From positions 1-52,186 of the forward strand of contig JAUCBJ010008521.1 of the NCBI GenBank assembly GCA_032718475.1: 52,186 bases of DNA. The letters run 5' to 3'. The stretch is from Nemertoderma westbladi (lineage: Eukaryota > Animalia > Xenacoelomorpha). The translations under genes and the position numbers were made by a program. The notes below the pieces were generated by a model that did not search any database, was not told the DNA's origin, and saw only the letters and a program-made list of their open reading frames with translations. How positions within the stretch are numbered: the stretch's first letter is position 1; each line of letters begins with the position of its first letter. Positions 11,742-21,530 of this stretch are shown piece after piece.

Positions 11742-14700
11742 AACCGTTGTATCTATAGGAAGACTATTGTAACTGTAAGAAGGGAGAGATAGTCAAAGGA
11801 ACCGTTGTACCTATAGGAAGAAGAGAAGATGTGAACTATTGTAACTGTAAGAAGGGAGAGATAGTCAAAGGAACCGTTGTACCTATAGGAATAAGAAAAG
11901 ATCTGAACTATTGTAACTGTAAGAAGGGAGACATAGTCAAAGGAACCGTTGTACCTATAGGAATAAGAGAAGATGTGAACTATTGTAATTGTAAGAAGGG
12001 AGAGATAGTCAAAGGAACCATTGTACCTATAGGAAGAAGAGAAGATGTGAACTATTGTAACTGTAAGAAGGGAGATATAGTCAAAGGAACCGTTGTACCT
12101 ATAGGAATAAGATAAGATGTGAACTATTGTAATTGTAAGAAGGGAGAGATAGTCAAAGGAACCATTGTACCTATAGGAATAAGAGTAGATGTGAACTATT
12201 GTAACTGTAAGAAGGGAGACATAGTCAAAGGAACCGTTGTACCTATAGGAATAAGATAAGATGTGAACTATTGTAATTGTAAGAAGGGAGAGATAGTCAA
12301 AGGAACCATTGTACCTATAGGAATAAGAGTAGATGTGAACTATTGTAACTGTAAGAAGGGAGACATAGTCAAAGGAACCGTTGTACCTATAGGAATAAGA
12401 GAAGATGTGAACTATTGTAATTGTAAGAAGGGAGAGATAGTCAAAGGAACCGTTGTACCTATAGGAATAAGATAAGATGTGAACTATTGTAATTGTAAGA
12501 AGGGAGAGATAGTCAAAGGAACCATTGTACCTATAGGAATAAGAGAAGATGTGAACTATTGTAATTGTAAGAAGGGAGAGATAGTCAAAGGAACCGTTGT
12601 ACCTATAGAAATAAGATAAGATGTGAACTATTGTAACTGTAAGAAGGGAGAGATAGTCAAAGGAACCGTTGTACCTATAGGAATAAGATAAGATGTGAAC
12701 TATTGTAATTGTAAGAAGGGAGAGATAGTCAAAGGAACCATTGTACCTATAGGAATAAGAGAAGATGTGAACTATTGTAATTGTAAGAAGGGAGAGATAG
12801 TCAAAGGAACCGTTGTACCTATACGAATAAGATAAGATGTGAACTATTGTAATTGTAAGAAGGGAGAGATAGTCAAAGGAACCATTGTACCTATAGGAAT
12901 AAGAGAAGATGTGAACTATTGTAATTGTAAGAAGGGAGAGATAGTCAAAGGAACCAACCATTGTACCTATAGGAATAAGAGAAGATGTGAACTATTGTAA
13001 TTGTAAGAAGGGAGAGATAGTCAAAGGAACCGTTGTACCTATAGGAATAAGATAAGATGTGAACTATTGTAATTGTAAGAAGGGAGAGATAGTCAAAGGA
13101 ACCGTAGTACCTATAGGAATAAGATAAGATGTGAACTATTGTAATTGTAAGAAGGGAGAGATAGTCAAAGGAACCAACCATTGTACCTATAGGAATAAGA
13201 GAAGATGTGAACTATTGTAATTGTAAGAAGGGAGAGATAGTCAAAGGAACCATTGTACCTATAGGAAGAAGAGAAGATGTGAACTATTGTAATTGTAAGA
13301 AGGGAGAGATAGTCAAAGGAACCAACCATTGTACCTATAGGAATAAGAGTAGATGTGAACTATTGTAACTGTAAGAAGGGAGACATAGTCAAAGGAACCG
13401 TTGTACCTATAGGAATAAGATAAGATGTGAACTATTGTAATTGTAAGAAGGGAGAGATAGTCAAAGGAACCGTTGTACCTATAGGAATAAGAGAAGATGT
13501 GAACTATTGTAACTGTAAGAAGGGAGACATAGTCAAAGGAACCGTTGTACCTATAGGAATAAGATAAGATGTGAACTATTGTAATTGTAAGAAGGGAGAG
13601 ATAGTCAAAGGAACCGTTGTACCTATACGAATAAGAGAAGATGTGAACTATTGTAATTGTAAGAAGGGAGAGATAGTCAAAGGAACCGTTGTACCTATAG
13701 GAATAAGATAAGATGTGAACTATTGTAATTGTAAGAAGGGAGAGATACTCAAAGGAACCAACCATTGTACCTATAGGAATAAGAGAAGATGTGAACTATT
13801 GTAATTGTAAGAAGGGAGAGATAGTCAAAGGAACCGTTGAACCTATAGGAATAAGAGTAGATGTGAACTATTGTAACTGTAAGAAGGGAGAGATAGTCAA
13901 AGGAACCGTTGTACCTATAGGAATAAGATAAGATGTGAACTATTGTAATTGTAAGAAGGGAGAGATAGTCAAAGGAACCGTTGTACCTATAGGAATAAGA
14001 TAAGATGTGAACTATTGTAATTGTAAGAAGGGAGAGATACTCAAAGGAACCAACCATTGTACCTATAGGAATAAGAGAAGATGTGAACTATTGTAATTGT
14101 AAGAAGGGAGAGATAGTCAAAGGAACCGTTGAACCTATAGGAATAAGAGTAGATGTGAACTATTGTAACTGTAAGAAGGGAGAGATAGTCAAAGGAACCG
14201 TTGTACCTATAGGAATAAGAGAAGATGTGAACTATTGTAACTGTAAGAAGGGAGAGATAGTCAAAGGAACCGTTGTACCTATAGGAATAAGATAAGATGT
14301 GAACTATTGTAATTGTAAGAAGGGAGAGATAGTCAAAGGAACCGTTGTACCTATAGGAATAAGATAAGATGTGAACTATTGTAATTGTAAGAAGGGAGAG
14401 ATACTCAAAGGAACCAACCATTGTACCTATAGGAATAAGAGAAGATGTGAACTATTGTAATTGTAAGAAGGGAGAGATAGTCAAAGGAACCGTTGTACCT
14501 ATAGGAATAAGATAAGATGTGAACTATTGTAATTGTAAGAAGGGAGAGATAGTCAAAGGAACCGTTGTACCTATAGGAATAAGATAAGATGTGAACTATT
14601 GTAATTGTAAGAAGGGAGAGATAGTCAAAGGAACCAACCATTGTACCTATAGGAATAAGAGAAGATGTGAACTATTGTAATTGTAAGAAGGGAGAGATAG

Positions 14701-15737
14701 TCAAAGGAACCGTTGTACCTATAGGAATAAGATAAGATGTGAACTATTGTAATTGTAAGAAGGGAGAGATAGTCAAAGGAACCATTGTACCTATAGGAAT
14801 AAGAGTAGATGTGAACTATTGTAACTGTAAGAAGGGAGAGATAGTCAAAGGAACCGTTGTACCTATAGGAATAAGATAAGATGTGAACTATTGTAATTGT
14901 AAGAAGGGAGAGATAGTCAAAGGAACCAACCATTGTACCTATAGGAATAAGAGAAGATGTGAACTATTGTAATTGTAAGAAGGGAGAGATAGTCAAAGGA
15001 ACCGTTGTACCTATAGGAATAAGATAAGATGTGAACTATTGTAATTGTAAGAAGGGAGAGATAGTCAAAGGAACCGTTGTACCTATAGGAATAAGATAAG
15101 ATGTGAACTATTGTAATTGTAAGAAGGGAGAGATAGTCAAAGGAACCGTTGTACCTATAGGAATAAGATAAGATGTGAACTATTGTAATTGTAAGAAGGG
15201 AGAGATACTCAAAGGAACCAACCATTGTACCTATAGGAATAAGAGAAGATGTGAACTATTGTAATTGTAAGAAGGGAGAGATAGTCAAAGGAACCGTTGT
15301 ACCTATAGGAATAATAGAAGATGTTAACTATTGTAACTGTAAGAAGGGAGAGATACTCAAAGGAACCAACCATTGTACCTATAGGAATAAGAGAAGATGT
15401 GAACTATTGTAATTGTAAGAAGGGAGAGATAGTCAAAGGAACCGTTGTACCTATAGGAATAAGATAAGATGTGAACTATTGTAATTGTAAGAAGGGAGAG
15501 ATACTCAAAGGAACCAACCATTGTACCTATAGGAATAAGAGAAGATGTGAACTATTGTAATTGTAAGAAGGGAGAGATAGTCAAAGGAACCGTTGTACCT
15601 ATAGGAATAATAGAAGATGTTAACTATTGTAACTGTAAGAAGGGAGAGATAGTCAAAGGAACCAACCATTGTACCTATAGGAATAAGAGAAGATGTGAAC
15701 TATTGTAACTGTAAGAAGGGAGACATAGTCAAAGGAA
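11742..15737. repeat. 72/76-bp tandem repeat, main block (about 55 units), in CA intron 3
   Basis: Near-identical units; variant units carry a 4-bp AACC duplication; degenerate units continue to about 15830. Confidence 0.98.
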
Positions 15738-15955
15738 TTATTATAGCTCTGGGGGGAATAGAAAAAATGTTTTGGGAAACATTGTAACTCTGGAAAGTGG
15801 TGAGAGTTTTAGAGGAACCATTGTAACTGTTGGGCTAAAAGTATAGTGTGTGTGGACAATCACTCTTAATGTAAGGAGATGCGATCAATAAATACGGCCT
15901 CTAATATTTCTTGCTTATCTTTATTTTGTATTACTGTTTATTTTTGTTTATTAAC

Positions 15956-16095
15956 CTGTAGTATTGGTTATCCTTGCCTTTCAGTAAGTTGTTAAGATGT
16001 AGTTTATTCTTTAGCGGGATCTTGGAATTCTCTTCAATTAGATATTTAGCAGCATCGAGAATTGGCGCAATCACATGATTTTTCTCTTCACATTC
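15956..16095 (-). CDS. Alpha-carbonic anhydrase, exon 3
   Basis: Acceptor TCCAATAG; ECEEKNHVIAPILDAAKYLIEENSKIPLKNKLHLNNLLKGKDNQYY-AG|GT. Phase 2 matches exon 4, giving YYRYNGSLTTP. Confidence 0.85.
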
Positions 16096-16410
16096 CTATT
16101 GGATAAAGAATTATTATTTAATTATATAATTATATAATTTTTTGGTTTTACTATAACTTTACATACAAATAAATCTTTTTGTTTAGAAGACCCCGACCCA
16201 CATCCTTTATAATTTTTTATGTTTTGTATAATAATTAACAATTTTCATCAATTTTCCAAGAAATGTAAAGTCAAATTATTCATAAAGGAATGTTTTAGTG
16301 TGGGTTTGGGAAGTACACTGCAACCTGCACGCGTTCTTAGATTTTTTAGTTAAAAAATATTTTTTTCTAGCAATACCACTTTATTTTATAAATAGCTTGT
16401 TGCAACTCAC

Positions 16411-16650
16411 CTCAAAAACGAATCCGATGACAGCCAATCCGTTTGGGGTGGTTAGTGCTTCATCCGTAGACAGACCTTTCTGTTTACAAACAATATGCAT
16501 CTCGGCAGCGAACTTGCGGCCGTTAATAGCGTGCTCCGAGCCGTCGTGTTGGTTGAACCCCCAATGGACGTGAACGTTGAAGACTTGGTAGTCTCCAGGG
16601 AGACGACCTCCGAGGACGTCAACGAAATGTTTATCGTTACCTATTTGTAA
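16411..16650 (-). CDS. Alpha-carbonic anhydrase, exon 2 (catalytic Zn ligands)
   Basis: Acceptor CCCGCAG, donor GTGAGT. LQIGNDKHFVDVLGGRLPGDYQVFNVHVHWGFNQHDGSEHAINGRKFAAEMHIVCKQKGLSTDEALTTPNGLAVIGFVFE, containing HxHWG, GSEH, ExH and GLAV. Confidence 0.95.
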
Positions 16651-17205
16651 CTGCGGGATATAATTAGAAAATTCATAAATAGGGTTTAAGAATTAGAGTA
16701 GTTCAAGATTAATATAATCTAATAGGAAACACTTAAATCGTATGGGATCATTTTTGTAAATTAATCGTATTATATTAACTTTAGCTATTTTATTTGAATT
16801 AATAGATTATGAAACGGTATTACGACAATTGTGGAGAATCGGGAAGCCTGGATGGACCTAATTTCCACTGTACGAGTTCGCTCACCTTATAGTACTGTAG
16901 TTCGGAAATACAGGTTCAATATTGCCCAGTAAAGATTGCTTAAAATATGTAAAAGGTCACACATTGTAGATATATAATTATATGCCTACTACAACAGTTA
17001 GGCCTACCACTGTAAAGAAAGATAATAATTAATATGTAGACTTAGTGTAGTATTAGGATAGTATCAGCATCGCATAGATAGTAATACTACTCTACTACAG
17101 GTGATGCCAGTATTAACTCATTAAACAGAAACTTAATATTGAACTCGAAATTTAGCTGAAACCTGAAACTGAAATTAACTTTTGAAACACATTGCGATTA
17201 CATAC

Positions 17206-17436
17206 CTTGATCCCGTGACCGTAGTTTTGGTCTAAGGTCCCATTGTGCGGGCGAATAGTGGGTAAATAAAACTGTTGCAACGAACATGTTGGTATGGCAA
17301 CGGAGTCATCAATGTCGATCGGTGATTGGTTGTGTCCGTTGCCATAGACAATAATATCCTGTAGATTGACAGGGTTACCATGGCACGCAGTTGAGACAAC
17401 GGCGATAATTAGGCTTATTATAATAGGAAGAAACAT
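17206..17436 (-). CDS. Alpha-carbonic anhydrase, exon 1 (signal peptide + QSPIDI)
   Basis: Hydrophobic N-terminus MFLPIIISLIIAVVSTA, QSPIDI and NYGH (His64-equivalent). Donor AAG|GTATGT, phase 0. Confidence 0.92.
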
Positions 17437-18359
17437 GATGTTGGTAGCAGCAATATTATAAATAAAACGTAAGTATATATTAATATTATTACTATTGTTT
17501 ATATGTGGTCTGGTTTCAATAATTTAAATTAGATTTATACTGTAATTACTAATAATAATGTACTGAAACATGAAACTGTAAACCAGAAGGCTAAATAAAG
17601 TCAAAACTATATCACGTGGCCGCCTCTAAGAAATTATATTAATACTCGGCTGTAAGAACATTTTATATTGGTTAGTCTGTGTCACAAAGGACTGACCAAG
17701 TGACCAATTACAATCCATCACATATTCTATAGATACAGCGCTAAAAGGGCCTTCACTTCATACAGTAAACCCCCAGTACTGATTGTTAGGGAATATTCAA
17801 ATCGAACTTACCTATAATGTATAGGCTGGAGAGGCATTGTTACCTGCTTTCCTATGGTTCTGAGATACAAAGGTATTCATTGTTCGTAAGACCTTCACTC
17901 CCCATCTATTATTTTATTAGGCCTATTATTATGTACCAGGCCTACTTATATCCACTTAACAATAATGTTGGTAGTACATTGAACTGGAGTTTCATTATTC
18001 TTAATTGTTAATGTTAATTATTGTGGTAGGCCTACATATTGGCGAAACATGACCCCCTACCCTTATACAGCAATATTATACAACATTCAATCACACTCTC
18101 ATTCAACCTCCACCCGAACTAAAAATCAGAAAAATGTCGCCATCAATTAGTGCAATAAATTTGTCGTCTCCAATATATTTATTTAATTTACCAAAAAGGT
18201 GTAAAATATTAAATTAAGTTCTCGACTCCAATAAAACTAAGTTTGAAGAGTTTCCGTATCAATTAATCCGTATCAATTAATCCGTATCACACTGTAATCT
18301 TATAAAGTACTTATAAAGATAAATCTTGATAAATAGTTAAATTAATACACCGACACCAC

Positions 18360-18460
18360 TGAATCTAATTCTACTGAATAAAGTTGAAAGGGCAACTAAG
18401 GAGGTTGGATTGCATTTAAAAGCCACCAAGACCGAATTCATGATTTATATAATGTTAATG
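18360..18460 (+). mobile_element. Tiny RTE-like RT fragment
   Basis: Translates LLNKVERATKEVGLHLKATKTEFM, resembling the GL.IN..KT motif downstream of ADD in non-LTR RTs. Confidence 0.5.
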
Positions 18461-18574
18461 GAGACCACAATAGATCAGATAGTGGCGCACATCGGACGAC
18501 ATAGGCCTATGTATTTTTCGCAATAATTTTTATTGTCCGTTTAAATCACTCATGATGTCCTTTTTTTGACTTTT

Positions 18575-18760
18575 TATGTCCTCCAGAAATTTACCATTAG
18601 GTTCCATGCTACCGGTTTCTCTACTGCTGTTCTCTCAGGCTATCAGTGCCGGTATTAGTTTTTTTTTACTCATTATGTCCTCCAGAAATTTACCGTTAGG
18701 TTCCATGCTACCGGTTTCTCTACTGCTGTTCTCTCAGGCTATCAGTACCGGTATTAGTAC
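18575..18760. repeat. 99-bp tandem duplication
   Basis: ATGTCCTCCAGAAATTTACC...GGTATTAGT occurs twice. Confidence 0.9.
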
Positions 18761-18909
18761 ACTATTTTGCAGTTTGCTGTATTCTATGTACAGATGTAGG
18801 TATAAAGCAGGTATTTTAGGTATTTTAGTACCGGTTCCGGCACCGGTACTGCTGTAGGCCGATTGTGTAGCCTACCATTTAAATACGGTAATGGTAGGTC
18901 TACTGGCTG

Positions 18910-19445
18910 ACCGGTTGTTTTGGTTAGAAAATCCCGCCTCTGTAACCTGCTCCTTTCCCTGATTTGGTAAAGTGACCGTTTATTGTTTGGGTTAGAAAGG
19001 CCCGCCTCTGTAACCTGCTCCTTTCCTTCATTTTGTAAAGTGACTGTTTATTGTTTTGGTTAGAAAATCCCGCCTCTGTAACTTGCTCCTTTCCCTCAAT
19101 TAGTTAAGTGATCGTTTATTGTTTTGGTTAGGAAATCCCGCCTCTGTAATCTGCTCCTTTCTCTCAATTGGTAATGTTATCGTTTATTGTTTTGGTTACC
19201 ATCTATGTAACCTGCTCCTTTCCTTCATTTGGTAAAGTGATTGTTTATTGTTTTGGTTAGAAAATCCCGCCTCTGTAACTCTCCTTTCTCTGATTTGGTA
19301 AAGTGACCGTTTATTGTTTTGGTTAGAAAGGCTAGCCTCTGTAACCTGCTCCTTTCCTTCATTTGGTAAAGTCACTGTTTATTGTTTTGGTTAGAAAATC
19401 CGGCCTTAACCTGCTCCTTTCCATCAATTGGTAATTGTTTTTGGC
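18910..19445. repeat. About 63-bp tandem repeat (about 9 units)
   Basis: Unit TTGTTTTGGTTAGAAAATCCCGCCTCTGTAACCTGCTCCTTTCC...GGTAAAGTGACCGTTTA. Confidence 0.9.
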
Positions 19446-19569
19446 TATAAAATGAGTGTTTTGCTACGTCATGTGGTAATCGATTATCGACAACAACCTC
19501 AAACTATTAAATTTAGAGTCTTTTACCATAGGCGCATATGGAAATCTAGCTCATAGTCTATAAATCATG

Positions 19570-19880
19570 GAATTTTGAATGTTTTGGCACAGGCATAGTG
19601 AAACCAACTGTCCGACAGACCAGAAATCAACAAATTTTGAATGTTTTGGCACAGGCATAGTGAAACCAACTGTCCGACAGACCAGAAATCAGCAAATTTT
19701 GAATGTTTTGGCACAGGCAAGGTGAAACCAACTGTCCGACAGACCAGAAATCAACAAATTTTGAATGTTTTGGCACAGGCATAGTGAAACCAACTGTCCG
19801 ACAGACCAGAAATCAACAAATTTTGAATGTTTTCGCATAGGCATGTTGAAATCAACTCTCTGACAGTCCAGAAATCAGCA
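19570..19880. repeat. About 62-bp tandem repeat (about 5 units)
   Basis: Unit AATTTTGAATGTTTTGGCACAGGCATAGTGAAACCAACTGTCCGACAGACCAGAAATCAACA. Confidence 0.9.
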
Positions 19881-20377
19881 GTCTGACAGTTTGAAGAAAT
19901 ACATACATAAAAATTCACTAAAAGGACATCAAAAGTCATTAAAGGGACAACAAAAGTCATTATGCACAATTCGTAAAAAAAGGAGGACAAAAAAGTCAAA
20001 TAAAAGGACATAAAAAATCACTGCCTTTATTTTTTATTAATTGAGGTCACCCGCACTAGATAAATAACAACTAATAGTAATTACTGTACAATTGATAATA
20101 ATCCACTAAGAAAAGTTGATGACTACAAGCCAGTACAGTACTACAGACTGCCTAAAAATATATTTTACTGTAAACATGAAAATACAGGAAATGTACTGTA
20201 TTTATTTATTATGATGTCCTATCTTGGTTTGGTGATTGTTAGGATAATAATGTCATTTAACTGTGTGTATAAATATTTATCTTATCTGTATTATATTATT
20301 TTATTACTATGATTCGATTGGTAATAAAAATAACAAGTATTTATTATCATGTAAAATAATAATTACATCAAACATTG

Positions 20378-20525
20378 TATAGGCAATATAGGTATTGGTA
20401 TTGCCTATATAGGTATTGGTATTGCCTATATAGGTATTGGTATTGCCTATATAAGTATTGGTATTGCCTATATACTGTAGGTATTGGTATTGCCTATATA
20501 GGTATTGGTATTGCCTATATAGGTA
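20378..20525. repeat. 21-bp quasi-palindromic minisatellite (about 7 units)
   Basis: Unit ATAGGTATTGGTATTGCCTAT. Confidence 0.9.
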
Positions 20526-21530
20526 TGTCAAACAAAACATAATTACCACTAGAGTTTTTCAGCTTATTTCCAAGGGTGTCCTTTATGTTACTTGGTTACA
20601 AATATAATATTTACAAATACAATACACTACGCTAACCTAAAACCAATATAAAACATACTAAATTACACTCTATACAACATTACCCCTACCGAGAGCGTGA
20701 CAATGCACTACAGTACTCAAAGATAAAGATGTACAGTAGCTATTGTTTGTGCACTACAATTTATTATAAAACACAATTCACGTAATTAACATTGTTAGTA
20801 GGGGTAGTTGGCACTCCGTAGGACTAGGACTACTGTCAAATTTTAATAGTTCCTGTTGAAAAATCTCCAACATTCAACCACTAAGAAATAATAATAATGA
20901 CGATACAGTTAGTACTGTAGGTAACCTAACTCAGGAGGCACACTTGGTTCAAGGTGTAAGAAATGGACCCCTACAGTCGGCAGCAGGGCTGTAGGTCATG
21001 GATAGGCGGAAGGTAATCAACCAACGGCTAGACATGCTGACAAGGTCGGCGGAAGGTAATCAACGGCGACCTACTGCGAAGACGCTTGTAGGAGTTGCGA
21101 CCACAAGCGGTTTACTCCCGCAACTGAAAGATATGAGTATGAGAACCCTCCAGGAGAAATACCGGCTCGGTCGTCGCCCGGATCAACAAGGACCGCGTCC
21201 CTCAGTGGTACACCAGGCTGGGGTCGATAAATCGGCTTCTGGAACAGAAGACAGAGAAGAAAGAAGACCCAACCTGCTGAAATGTAAAAAGACACTAAAG
21301 ATTGCTACAATAAACGCACGCACGCTGAAAGCACATAACAAACAGGGTGACATGGTCGCTCTAGCAATGGAAGTTGCTACAGTCCAACCAATGCCTCAGA
21401 GCCAGAACAAGCAGTCAAGTTTTATGAAGATCTGACTGAACTTATAAAGGACATTCCGAAACACAATGTTAAAGTCATTGCTGGTGACCTGAATGCGCAC
21501 ATTGCCCCAGAAGACATCAAGGGTTACACA

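Larger units (their letters stand above)
18510..20023. mobile_element. Probable non-autonomous DNA transposon built of internal tandem repeats
   Basis: Imperfect inverted ends ATGTCCTTTTTTTGACTTTTTATGTCCTCC (about 18555-18583) and GGAGGACAAAAAAGTCAAATAAAAGGACAT (about 19982-20011) enclose three tandem arrays. Confidence 0.5.

Noticed and set aside
9705-15737. CRISPR array or Cys-rich repeat protein (NYCNCKKGEIVKG ORFs)
   Set aside because: No unique spacers and no cas genes. The plus-strand ORFs are by-products of a 72-bp unit and are frequently stopped; the context is a eukaryotic intron.
17152-17205. C-terminal part of ORF 17152-17436
   Set aside because: Intron read-through after the GTATGT donor.
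17534-17672. CA promoter (TATAAA, E-box, CCAAT on minus)
   Set aside because: Plausible, but such motifs are common in AT-rich DNA and the TSS is unknown.
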